A DNA stretch of 64,000 bases, taken from positions 361-64,360 of the forward strand of contig CAYLHJ010000003.1 of NCBI GenBank assembly GCA_964383705.1. The letters are read 5' to 3'. Both the position numbers and the translations under genes were made by a program. The stretch is from an uncultured Candidatus Saccharibacteria bacterium (GTDB lineage: Bacteria > Patescibacteriota > Minisyncoccia > Phycocordibacterales > Zambryskibacteraceae). The stretch's first letter is position 1, and each line of letters opens with the position of its first letter. The notes under the pieces were generated by a model that worked only from the letters and a program-made list of their open reading frames with translations, was not told where the DNA came from and ran no database searches. Positions 16,969-25,619 of the stretch are shown here, one piece after another.

Positions 16969-17026
16969 CACATCCTCCTATTGTTGAGGGTGTAATTAAA
17001 GTATACAGCTCTATCTGGCAATTTAA

Positions 17027-18088
17027 CTATTCTATATCCCCAGCCGGCTTATCAATTTGAATGGACTCTATGTCTAGCTTCTCTCCCGTGATACGCATAA
17101 CATCTTTATCAATCTTAACAAGTTCTTTTCGCGAAGAATTAAAGTGACTAACAGTTGTAGAAAGAGAGGCGCCAAGCTTGCTGTGATAGGTTTCGTATGA
17201 GGCCAAATGTTTGCCCAGCTCATCTACCCTTTTTATTATATTCTTGGCTTCTTCTTCAATCTTAAGCGCCTTCAACCCCTGCATAACTGTTTGAAGATAA
17301 GCCAGAAATGAAGTTGGAGAAACAATAATAACGCGGTATTTATTGGCCGCGCGTTGAATAAGATTCTCAGTATCTTCTCCCCTGACTTCACCAATTTTAT
17401 TTACCAAAAGATCGTAATATATTGCTTCGTGCGGAATAAACATAAAAGCGAAATCTGTTGTCCCTTCTTCGGGACGAATGTATTTAGCAGTTTCTTGAAT
17501 ACGAAGTTTTAAATCATTCACAAAGACTTTTTCAAGGCGTTCTCGTTCTGATTGATTTTTTTCATCAGTAATACGATTATAGTTTTCAAGAGAAAACTTT
17601 GAGTCGACAGGAATAATATAATCCTTAACCTTCACGATGGCGTCCACAATATTCCCGTCTTTAAAAGCGTATTGCATTTCATAGCTTCCGGGAGGTAAGA
17701 CATTTTTTAAAAGAGTTTCAAGATAATATTCTCCCAAAATACCTCTCTGCTTCGGGTTTTTTAAAATGTCCTGAAGAGATTGTAATTGGTCCGCGAACCC
17801 CATTATCTGTTTACCCGTTTCATCAACGCGCGTTAGTCGCTCCGTAATATCGCGAATAAGTTTTTGCGATTCTGTAAATTGTAACCGAACAGAATCATGC
17901 ATCTCTTTTGAAGATTCGCCTATTTTTTTATCGAGAGTGCGAGTTAATTCATTTAACTGATTCTGGACAAATAGAAGCCCTTCAGAACCATTTTTCTCTC
18001 CCCCGCTATTGCGAAATAATCGCCACAAAATAACAGCGTTTAACAAAAGAATAACAGCGATTATAAAATAAAATACTAGGCTTTCCAT
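17027..18088 (-). CDS. rmuC: DNA recombination protein RmuC
   Basis: N-terminal TM helix, a long coiled coil, and a C-terminal RmuC region (DAIVKVKDYIIPVDSKFSLENY) matching the conserved RmuC nuclease-like core. Confidence 0.7.
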   Translation of the reverse strand: MESLVFYFIIAVILLLNAVILWRLFRNSGGEKNGSEGLLFVQNQLNELTRTLDKKIGESSKEMHDSVRLQFTESQKLIRDITERLTRVDETGKQIMGFADQLQSLQDILKNPKQRGILGEYYLETLLKNVLPPGSYEMQYAFKDGNIVDAIVKVKDYIIPVDSKFSLENYNRITDEKNQSERERLEKVFVNDLKLRIQETAKYIRPEEGTTDFAFMFIPHEAIYYDLLVNKIGEVRGEDTENLIQRAANKYRVIIVSPTSFLAYLQTVMQGLKALKIEEEAKNIIKRVDELGKHLASYETYHSKLGASLSTTVSHFNSSRKELVKIDKDVMRITGEKLDIESIQIDKPAGDIE

Positions 18089-18163
18089 GTAGTGAAACTA
18101 TTATAACAAGAATATCTTTTCTCTTATACAGGCCATTTTTAGGGCTATTGGTTTTCTCAAAAA

Positions 18164-18634
18164 ATGATTATAATGATTGAAATGCTACATCAAAAAATAA
18201 AAGAGGAAATAAAAGAGGCAATGCTTGCAAAGGACGCTGTGAGGCTTGGCACTATGCGAGGCCTTGTCGCCGCTTTTACAAACGAGCTTGTCGCCAAACG
18301 CCGAAAGCCACAAGAAGAGTTAAGTGATGAGGAGGCTCTCGATGTAATTCGTCGTGGGGTTAAACAACGCAAAGACTCTATTGAGCAATTTAGAAAAGGA
18401 AACCGAGAAGACCTGGCCCAAAGTGAAGAAGCTGAAATGAAAATCTTGGAATCATACTTGCCACAAATGATGGGAAGAGATGAAGTGCTGAAAGTGGCTA
18501 TCGCCAAAAAAGAAGAGTTAGGAATCACTGATAAATCAAAAATGGGAATGTTTATGGGTACCCTGATGAAAGAACTAAAAGGAAAAGCTGATGGTGATGT
18601 GGTGAAATCTGTTGTCGAAGAGGTTTTGCAATAA
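18164..18634 (+). CDS. yqeY: GatB/YqeY-domain protein
   Basis: The roughly 150-aa all-helical sequence LHQKIKEEIKEAMLAKDAVRLGTMRGLVAAFTNELVAK matches the YqeY family. Confidence 0.8.
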   Translation: MIIMIEMLHQKIKEEIKEAMLAKDAVRLGTMRGLVAAFTNELVAKRRKPQEELSDEEALDVIRRGVKQRKDSIEQFRKGNREDLAQSEEAEMKILESYLPQMMGRDEVLKVAIAKKEELGITDKSKMGMFMGTLMKELKGKADGDVVKSVVEEVLQ

Positions 18635-18649
18635 TACAATTTTCGTCTA

Positions 18650-18678
18650 TTGACTTTTTACCTTAATAGTGATATTAT
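18650..18678 (+). promoter_or_regulatory. Sigma70-like promoter TTGACT-N17-TATTAT upstream of mini-cistron C
   Basis: Near-consensus -35 and -10 hexamers with a 17-nt spacer lie about 50 nt upstream of the mini-cistron C ATG. Confidence 0.45.
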
Positions 18679-18728
18679 TAAGGTAGAAGATCATTTAATA
18701 CTTCGTCCCTTCTCACGCTGGAGGCTTG

Positions 18729-19016
18729 ATGTATAGCGACGAGTTCATCAATGAGCTCCGGATAAAGATTGGGAAGCTCCACAGAAAGACCGGAAACTAC
18801 CTCCAAGCCAGAACAGAGGTTCTGAGGGAGGCTCGTATCCCCTCAGATGACTGGCATGACGTCTCCTCCTGCATCGCCAAACTCTCAGCAAGAATCAGGA
18901 GAGATAACAAGGAGAAGCGCACGAAGGCGAACCCTGGCAAGAAGTCACTTTCACACCACAAGCCAGACCGCAATGAACGCAACCGCCCGCAGAACGGGTA
19001 CCAGCCGGACGATTAA
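18729..19016 (+). CDS. GC-rich mini-cistron C: 95-aa basic hypothetical protein
   Basis: SD GGAGG lies 4 nt before the ATG. The coding region is GC-rich and produces shadow ORFs on both strands. The stop lies in the loop of a terminator hairpin. Protein: MYSDEFINELRIKIGKLHRKTGNYLQARTEVLREARIPSDDWHD...RNERNRPQNGYQPDD. Confidence 0.45.
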   Translation: MYSDEFINELRIKIGKLHRKTGNYLQARTEVLREARIPSDDWHDVSSCIAKLSARIRRDNKEKRTKANPGKKSLSHHKPDRNERNRPQNGYQPDD

Positions 19017-19041
19017 TTGTCCGGCTGTTCTTTTTATATTT
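19002..19041. terminator. Intrinsic terminator CAGCCGGAC-gattaatt-GTCCGGCTG followed by TTCTTTTTATATTT; shared by the convergent mini-cistron C and the large ATPase gene
   Basis: A 9-bp stem followed by a T-run, with A/T-rich sequence on both sides. Confidence 0.65.
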
Positions 19042-21805
19042 AAATGGCATTAGGCGTAACTGTCCTATATTTCTCAAGTATTTCCTTTTCAACTTCCGCC
19101 CTGTCTCGACCGTATCTCATATATGAGCGTTCTTTAAGCGAATCTACATTATCATTATTCCTCTCAGGCGGAGGCATGCATTCAATATTAAACGGCTTTA
19201 CCGGTTTACCATGAACAAGCATTTTCAAATAGGCGTTTTTATTCTCAACATTAATTAATTGTTGAGAATTAAATACTGGCTCAAATTGTTTTGCTAGATA
19301 TTCAGCATCATCAGAACCGACACGAAAACACGCTATCGTTCCAACATTACCAAAAACAGCATTTTTTATATTTTCATCCAACTGGCCGATAAATTGATGA
19401 GCAATAGAAAGCGAGAGTTTGTATTTTCTAGCTTCGGAAAGAATTGTCCCGATAGACGGCGTTGTAATGTTTTGAAACTCATCAATATAAAGATAAAAGG
19501 GCGGAAGATTGGCATGAGTAGAATCCACCCTGGAAAGAGCTGCCATTAAAATTTTACCGACAAGAATAAGCCCAATTAGATTAGCATTAATATCGCCGAG
19601 TCTTCCTTTCGCCAGGTTAACCAAGAGAATTTTCTTATTATCCATAATATCTCGGAAATCAAAGGAAGAATGCTCTTGGGCGATAATCGGGCGCATAATC
19701 TCATTTGAAAGAAAGACATCAAACTTACTTGTTATGTAAGGCACTATATTTGCGAGCGCCCCTTCTCCGCCCGCTTTCTCCGCAATCTCGCGCCAAAATT
19801 GAGAAACCACCGGATTATTACATCTGGAAAGTTTCATTTGACGAAACTCTTTATTTGATAAAACTCGAGAAACATCAAGAAGTGTTCCACCACTATCAGG
19901 GTCTTCTATAACAAGCATGGTTGCATTCCTAAAGTATTGTTCGAACATTGGCCCCATAGATTCTGGCACCGCCCCATAAAGTTTTTGAAAAATATTAAAT
20001 AGCTCATTTACCACAAAGGTTTTTTGCTCTGGAAATTGCCTGTCATACTCAAGCATATTTAAAGCCATGGGCCTATCGACATTCCCTGGGTCAAAATAAA
20101 TCACATCATCAACCCTCTCCGGCGGGATATTGGCCAAGATATCCAAAATATCAGAGCCGTGTGGGTCAATCATACAAACCCCATCACCATTGCGAATATC
20201 TTGAATAATCATATTTTTTAGCAATGTTGATTTTCCTGTCCCCGTCTGCCCAATAGTATAAAAATGTCTGAGTCTGTCCTCCGCGGTTAGATATACTTTA
20301 GTTAGAGTGTTGCGATAACTATTAATACCAATAAGAGTTCCTTCTTGTGGCAAATCAAGAGGTGCTGGAGCATCCCCCACCCTATTAGTTTTTAATTGAG
20401 AAACACCGTGAAGACCTTCCCTATGAAAATGGATTAAGGAAGTCAATTCTGAGAGATTCAAAGGCAAACTTTCTTCTTTCACAAAAGAACGAAAAGCAAA
20501 ATTACGAAATAAAGATTTTAATTTTCCGCCCCTTGGACGAACGAACTTCAGACTATTACCTTGAGGATTATCAAACTGATTAAAAGCCGATTCCAAATGA
20601 GACAATATAGTCTCCGCCCGATCTTCATCAGGCGCCGAGGTAATAAGTCTGATTGCCACATTTACAATTGGCTTGGCAATTTTTGTTTGAATGCGCTCAA
20701 CCTCGGCCGAATCAAATGTCGGTCTTAAAATTTCGTTTTCTGGCTCTTTTTTCTTCTGGGAGAAAAATATTTCTTTAAAAATTTTGCCAACTTCACCTGC
20801 CACTCCTCCTTCAGAACCGAGAGCGTCTTTAAGCGGAACGCCCTTTTGAATTTTTTCTAGTGCGTTTGAATATTTTTTATGATAATACTCCCCCGCTGGA
20901 GAGAAGAGTATCTGGAGACACGCACCTTCGCTATCTCGATCAATCTTAGAAAAGCTATTTAAGATGACATTTAAAGGATCGTGGTCAAATGCCTCATATG
21001 TTTTAATGGGGAAAATTGGATTATTGCGAGATGTTGCGACAGAACCCATAGAAAAACCCTCCGGATTAAAAATGTTGTGGTCATCGGCTTGTTGACTAAT
21101 GCGTGCATTGTGAAAAATGGAAAGAATTTGTTTCTCAAATAAATCCTTCTTTGAATCCGGCACAGAAACATAAAATACAAATTCATCACTCCCATTGCTA
21201 TTGGCAATCTCTAAAACAAAATGATTTTCGCCAGGAGTATTTTGCGGGGAGATAGAAAGCATCCCTGCATAGAATTGCTCCATACCTGAAAGTAATTGCT
21301 TTAATACTTGCCCCTTTTCATCTCTTTCTGTTTCTGGCAATACAACTTCATAAAGAGTCATTTGAAGCGCCTTGGAAAGTGGTGCCCTTGGAGCTAGGCC
21401 TTTTATAGGGAAACCTCGCTTTATGTATTGAACTAAAAATCGATGAAAATCATCTTCTAAATGGCTATCGCCCATATTTTCTATTACGGAAATAGTATTT
21501 TTTATTCCCTTAGTGTTGAGTATTAAAAGAAGCTCCTCAATCTTCTTATCATGAGACTCCGGCCTCAAATTTGAAACGAGAGAGTGGAGATTTTCTTGGT
21601 TTAATCTAAATTGAGAATCAAGAACATCTTGCGGTAAAGTGTTGCCATACCGAGACAGTTTTTCTTTTATAATATTTTCTCTGTGTGGCTCAATGCCTTC
21701 GCGCCTTAATTCTCTCTCATGACGAAGTATTTCTGACTGCAAAAAAGCCTTTTCTTCCTGAGGCGATTTGAATTTAGATTCTAAAGAGAACTGTTTGTGC
21801 TCCAT
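19040..21805 (-). CDS. Large soluble P-loop NTPase, VirD4/TraG/TraD-like (type IV coupling-protein-like) or HerA-FtsK superfamily, with a roughly 450-aa N-terminal domain of unknown function
   Basis: 921 aa. Walker A TIGQTGTGKSTLL is followed by MIDPHGSDI and YFDPGN motifs. A Walker B-like segment is present. The C-terminal segment HQFIGQLDENIKNAVFGNVGTIACFRVGSDDAEYLAKQF resembles the TraG/TraD C-terminal (TraM-recognition) domain. No N-terminal TM helices. Confidence 0.6.
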   Translation of the reverse strand: MEHKQFSLESKFKSPQEEKAFLQSEILRHERELRREGIEPHRENIIKEKLSRYGNTLPQDVLDSQFRLNQENLHSLVSNLRPESHDKKIEELLLILNTKGIKNTISVIENMGDSHLEDDFHRFLVQYIKRGFPIKGLAPRAPLSKALQMTLYEVVLPETERDEKGQVLKQLLSGMEQFYAGMLSISPQNTPGENHFVLEIANSNGSDEFVFYVSVPDSKKDLFEKQILSIFHNARISQQADDHNIFNPEGFSMGSVATSRNNPIFPIKTYEAFDHDPLNVILNSFSKIDRDSEGACLQILFSPAGEYYHKKYSNALEKIQKGVPLKDALGSEGGVAGEVGKIFKEIFFSQKKKEPENEILRPTFDSAEVERIQTKIAKPIVNVAIRLITSAPDEDRAETILSHLESAFNQFDNPQGNSLKFVRPRGGKLKSLFRNFAFRSFVKEESLPLNLSELTSLIHFHREGLHGVSQLKTNRVGDAPAPLDLPQEGTLIGINSYRNTLTKVYLTAEDRLRHFYTIGQTGTGKSTLLKNMIIQDIRNGDGVCMIDPHGSDILDILANIPPERVDDVIYFDPGNVDRPMALNMLEYDRQFPEQKTFVVNELFNIFQKLYGAVPESMGPMFEQYFRNATMLVIEDPDSGGTLLDVSRVLSNKEFRQMKLSRCNNPVVSQFWREIAEKAGGEGALANIVPYITSKFDVFLSNEIMRPIIAQEHSSFDFRDIMDNKKILLVNLAKGRLGDINANLIGLILVGKILMAALSRVDSTHANLPPFYLYIDEFQNITTPSIGTILSEARKYKLSLSIAHQFIGQLDENIKNAVFGNVGTIACFRVGSDDAEYLAKQFEPVFNSQQLINVENKNAYLKMLVHGKPVKPFNIECMPPPERNNDNVDSLKERSYMRYGRDRAEVEKEILEKYRTVTPNAI

Positions 21806-21846
21806 GAAAATTGGATACCAAAATTATACCACTTCAAAAAACAAAT

Positions 21847-22134
21847 TTATTCAGTTTTATATCCCTCACGCTTCAGCAAATTTTTTTTTGACGGCCCATT
21901 AATACGATTGTATTTACCAATCTTTCCATCAGAGCGTATGACACGGTGGCACGGTATATTTTTATCAGTATTATTGCTCATTATATTTCCAACTGCTCGA
22001 AATGCGTTGGGACTCCCTGCTCTATATGCCACTTCTTTATATGTCATGACTTTTCCTTTAGGAATCTTTTTTACAACAGCAAAAACTCTTTCTTTAAAAG
22101 ATTTAGGGCGAAGAAAGTTTTTATTCCTTTTCAT
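21847..22134 (-). CDS. Methylated-DNA-protein-cysteine methyltransferase DNA-binding domain protein (MGMT/Ogt C-terminal domain only)
   Basis: 95 aa. An HTH is followed by the active-site motif IPCHRVI (PCHR), so the catalytic Cys is retained. Confidence 0.7.
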   Translation of the reverse strand: MKRNKNFLRPKSFKERVFAVVKKIPKGKVMTYKEVAYRAGSPNAFRAVGNIMSNNTDKNIPCHRVIRSDGKIGKYNRINGPSKKNLLKREGYKTE

Positions 22135-22148
22135 TTATTTAAGTATAA

Positions 22149-22185
22149 CAAAACTCCCAAGTTGTCCTTGGGAGTTTTGTTATAA
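22149..22185 (-). terminator. Palindromic intrinsic terminator CTCCCAAG-N5-CTTGGGAG followed by TTTTGTTAT
   Basis: An 8-bp stem (12 bp with the flanking A/T pairs) followed by a U-run. It lies after the stop of 22194..22925 and before the MGMT-ATPase operon. Confidence 0.55.
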
Positions 22186-22193
22186 AATAATCT

Positions 22194-22925
22194 TTATTGT
22201 TTAATTCTCACCACAGACCCCGTAGTAGCGTCTACTTCTACTCTTACATTATCAGTAAATCTTACGCTCCACACAACTTTACCTTCCTCCAAAGAAAGCT
22301 CTAGTTTGGCAATGGTTCCCGTATGCGCACCAAGTGCTATCGTTCTCGCTTTATCAGCAGAAATTGTGGCCACAAAGCCGGCAGGAACATTTGAATTCCT
22401 CTCGACTTTGTTTATAAGCTCAATCTTTTTGTCTTCAACTTTTTGAGTCCAAACCTCACCTCGTGACCAATTGCGTAATACAGTAGCGTCGATAGTCAAA
22501 GATTTATCAAGGTCAATTTGTCCTCGTGCGCCTACATAATCACCCACCTTGAAGTTCCCCGGAAATGATCCATTAGGAATTACTTCCGTATCGGAGTAAA
22601 CATTTACTTTCCATGATCCACCCCAGCTCTTCACTGTAATAGAACCAGTGCTTGATGCTGTGGAAGTTGAAACAGATTCGATTTTTCCACGAATAAGAGC
22701 CTTTCCCTTAGGACCAACTTCAAGAATGATTGGCTGGTTATTTCCTCTTCGAACAAGCTCATCTTCTATTCTTTGAATTTTTTTCTTCGCTTGCTCTTCT
22801 ATCTTTTCAATCTTTTTTTCTGATTTGGAACTACCTGAATTTGACTCCGCAAAGACGGCGGATGAAATTCCAAGTACAGTAAACAAGGCTAACATTATTG
22901 CGATATTCCTCTTAATTTTTTGCAT
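22194..22925 (-). CDS. Secreted hypothetical protein (signal peptide, coiled coil, beta-rich C-terminal domain)
   Basis: 243 aa. N-terminal signal peptide MQKIKRNIAIMLALFTVLGISSAVFA. No recognised catalytic motif. Confidence 0.45.
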   Translation of the reverse strand: MQKIKRNIAIMLALFTVLGISSAVFAESNSGSSKSEKKIEKIEEQAKKKIQRIEDELVRRGNNQPIILEVGPKGKALIRGKIESVSTSTASSTGSITVKSWGGSWKVNVYSDTEVIPNGSFPGNFKVGDYVGARGQIDLDKSLTIDATVLRNWSRGEVWTQKVEDKKIELINKVERNSNVPAGFVATISADKARTIALGAHTGTIAKLELSLEEGKVVWSVRFTDNVRVEVDATTGSVVRIKQ

Positions 22926-23030
22926 ATTGTGAAATTAACTGTCAATAATAGCTACTAAATTATAACAAATTTATACCCCCGCACTAGTATATAAGACGCG
23001 CGATACGTACTTTCTTACAATCAAGATAAG

Positions 23031-24806
23031 CTATGAATGAGATATATCCTTTATCTCATTTGCAATCGCCTCTTCCGCCTCTCCAAGCTCATTATCAAAT
23101 TGCTCTAAGAAAGATATTTCCTCCTTAGTTAATTTTCTTTTTAGAGACTTAAGACGAGTAATGTGTGTAGCAATATCTCTTCGAAGAAGACGGAAAGATT
23201 TCTCTAAAATTTTTTCTGCTTCTCTGCTCTCTCGCTTAAATTTTCGTAATACACGATTTGTTCGATTCCAAGCATATACACCACCTCCAATAAATACCGC
23301 AAGTAAAATTCCAATGAGAATAATCGCCGATAAGTAATCAAGGACTATATTAATGAGGTCAGTTAAAAATTTTGATTTTGCAATAATTGTCAACGGCTCG
23401 GTTTCATCACTTTGTGCACCACGACCATCAGTTACACGAGCGGTAAATACATATATTCCTGGGGAAAGACGTTTTGTTGCCACAACTGCCCAATCACCGG
23501 AACTATTACTCCTAGTGTGCTCTTCAAAAATAACTTCATCTCTTTCTTTAAATAAAATGGTTATATCTGAATCTGGATAAGTCGTTCCGCGGATTTTAAC
23601 AATATCTCCAGACTCTATTTCTTCTTGATAAGAGGTTATGATTGGCTTATCAATAGCCTGAATAGTAAAATTCTCTGATTCGCTTCGTGTGTTTCCTGCT
23701 TCATCAATAGCTGTGATAGTAACTATATGATTTCCCGGATATTGTTTTGGTAACGGATATGGATTTGAAGTTGCTGTGGGTGCAACACGCTCCGGCCCAC
23801 CATTCCCAATCTTTACATCGTAGGTACGTACCCCCGATATATTGTCTGTTGTGTTAAAAAGAATAACTGGTTGTGGCTCCAATCCGGTTTTTCCGTGAGG
23901 AAAAGAAATTAAAAATGGATCTGGTGGCGTTGTATCGATATTTACACGATAACGGGCAATATTACCCCAACCACTATTACTAGTAAGTATTTGAAGTGAA
24001 AAATAATATACACCATCAGGAAGCTGATCAATCTTCTTTGATGATATTGGTGGCGAATAACGCACCGATGGCAGAGCGGTTGATGAAACCCCAATTAGAG
24101 TTTTAACCTCAATAGCATCAGGCGGAAGTGTCCATGAAAATTCGGGAGCATTGTTCGAATACCATTTTGCTTGGTCTGGGTGTGTTGGTGATGTAATTGT
24201 TGGTGCATTAAAGCCATTTTCAATACTTGAAACAGGAATAATATCTGGAACTTCCGCATTGTCGCTTTGTATCGAGAATGTAGCGATACCAAGATCATCA
24301 AGAATATTGGTTCCCGCCCCGTCATTTGCCAATACCGAACCAGAAGAAAATTTTACATTGGCAACCCCGGCAGATTTCGCTCTAAACGTAACATTTATAA
24401 TAGTGCCCTGACTTCCAGTATATCCGGGGTTAAGGGCGATACCCTCAAAATTAACAGTCCCTTGTATATTTGAAAACGTTGGTTCTTGGACCCACAAATT
24501 CATTACAGAATTGTTCTTAGAAACACCCACAACTTCAAGCAAGCTCGGTGAAAAAGAAATAACCCCCGAGGCGGCATTTATCGCCTTATCAGGACTTGAA
24601 ACATAGGCAGAGACAGAAAACGTACTGCCAACCGCCCTTGTAATAATAGAAGGAGAAAATCCGAGATTTGCAGCATAAGAAATTACTGGTGCGAAAAACA
24701 ACACACCAAAGACAGAGAATAATAAAAAAGTTTTTAAATGTTCCTTCACTGTTTTTTTAAAAATACATAAAACACGCCAAACAGGATACTTATAAGTATA
24801 AGCCAA
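23031..24806 (-). CDS. Cohesin-domain surface protein with Ig/FN3-like repeats and a C-terminal TM anchor; N-terminus uncertain (overlaps the upstream gene by about 60 nt)
   Basis: Signal peptide, then a domain (FSPSIITRAVGSTFSVSAYVSSPDKAINAASGVISFSPSLLEVVGVS...GTIINVTFRAKSAGVANVKFS) matching the cohesin pattern. A TM helix lies near the C-terminus, followed by a charged cytoplasmic coiled-coil tail. Confidence 0.55.
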   Translation of the reverse strand: MAYTYKYPVWRVLCIFKKTVKEHLKTFLLFSVFGVLFFAPVISYAANLGFSPSIITRAVGSTFSVSAYVSSPDKAINAASGVISFSPSLLEVVGVSKNNSVMNLWVQEPTFSNIQGTVNFEGIALNPGYTGSQGTIINVTFRAKSAGVANVKFSSGSVLANDGAGTNILDDLGIATFSIQSDNAEVPDIIPVSSIENGFNAPTITSPTHPDQAKWYSNNAPEFSWTLPPDAIEVKTLIGVSSTALPSVRYSPPISSKKIDQLPDGVYYFSLQILTSNSGWGNIARYRVNIDTTPPDPFLISFPHGKTGLEPQPVILFNTTDNISGVRTYDVKIGNGGPERVAPTATSNPYPLPKQYPGNHIVTITAIDEAGNTRSESENFTIQAIDKPIITSYQEEIESGDIVKIRGTTYPDSDITILFKERDEVIFEEHTRSNSSGDWAVVATKRLSPGIYVFTARVTDGRGAQSDETEPLTIIAKSKFLTDLINIVLDYLSAIILIGILLAVFIGGGVYAWNRTNRVLRKFKRESREAEKILEKSFRLLRRDIATHITRLKSLKRKLTKEEISFLEQFDNELGEAEEAIANEIKDISHS

Positions 24807-25618
24807 TAAAAGAGGTATTCATACCATAAAAGTGGATGGGTGGGGGCAATCTCTACGACTTGCATATTGTGCGCATTATCTACAGCTCGTACAAAAATGT
24901 AACTTCTCAATTCTTGATCCGAAAGAACATAAGGACTCTCAACAACTCTCCACGAAGTGAGAAATGAAAGAGGTTTGAATAGATATTCTTTTACTTCATA
25001 GTGAGAAATACCCGAACCCTTATCTTGAGTCGAAAAAACAACAAACAAATTATCCTCATACAAAGAGTTACTATGCGAAATTATCGGAGTAAAATTCTCT
25101 GGCGGTTCCGAGTCTTCAATCACATTTCTTCGGGCATTACTATCTCCTGCCTTGACCTGTAATACCGTATTTCGAAGATCAAGGGCTATTTCTGTACCTG
25201 ATCCATCATTTTGAAGTGCCTTTGCTTCTGCAATTGAAATTGAGGCGACGCCTTCTTGCTTTGCCTTAAAGACAATAGAGAATATTAAGTTATTCACACC
25301 GCTAAATCCGCCTGGCGTGATGCCTGAAAATACTGAGGTACCAGCAGATTCGGTATTAGGTTTTTCAATCCAGAAATTTATGGAAGAGTTGCCATCACGA
25401 ATCTCTCGCATTTCAAGCATCATATCTGGAAAAAGAATTCGTCCCGAAATGGCATTTACTGACTCGTCACTGTTCGCAATGACATCAACGGTAAATTCCT
25501 CTCCAACACTCACATCTACCTTACTTGAATAAAGTAATAGTTCAGATGCATGCACACTGGGTGTAAAAAAGACCCAGAGCGTAAATACAGAAAATATTTT
25601 AGGTATTGAGCTATACAT
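24746..25618 (-). CDS. Cohesin-domain surface protein with a C-terminal TM anchor (start taken at the internal Met that begins the signal peptide)
   Basis: Signal peptide MYSSIPKIFSVFTLWVFFTPSVHA, then SKVDVSVGEEFTVDVIANSDESVNAISGRILFPDMML...LIFSIVFKAKQEGVASISI, which is cohesin-like. A C-terminal TM helix is present. Confidence 0.55.
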   Translation of the reverse strand: MYSSIPKIFSVFTLWVFFTPSVHASELLLYSSKVDVSVGEEFTVDVIANSDESVNAISGRILFPDMMLEMREIRDGNSSINFWIEKPNTESAGTSVFSGITPGGFSGVNNLIFSIVFKAKQEGVASISIAEAKALQNDGSGTEIALDLRNTVLQVKAGDSNARRNVIEDSEPPENFTPIISHSNSLYEDNLFVVFSTQDKGSGISHYEVKEYLFKPLSFLTSWRVVESPYVLSDQELRSYIFVRAVDNAHNMQVVEIAPTHPLLWYEYLFYWLILISILFGVFYVFLKKQ

Positions 25619-25619
25619 A

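Noticed and set aside
16800-16990. tmRNA, RNase P RNA, SRP RNA or 6S RNA identity for the GC-rich intergenic patches (also 1224..1560 and 18700..19040)
   Set aside because: I checked by eye for the tmRNA 3' tRNA-like end (GGTTCGAATCC...CCA), RNase P P4 (AGGAAAGTCCGG) and SRP domain IV (GGAAGCAG) signatures and found none. Each patch instead has an SD, an ATG and an ORF. Not formally excluded without covariance-model searches.
18797-19092. Overlapping ORFs 18797..18982 (-), 18847..19053 (+) and 18895..19092 (-)
   Set aside because: Shadows of GC-rich mini-cistron C. They lack an SD and run through the terminator hairpin.
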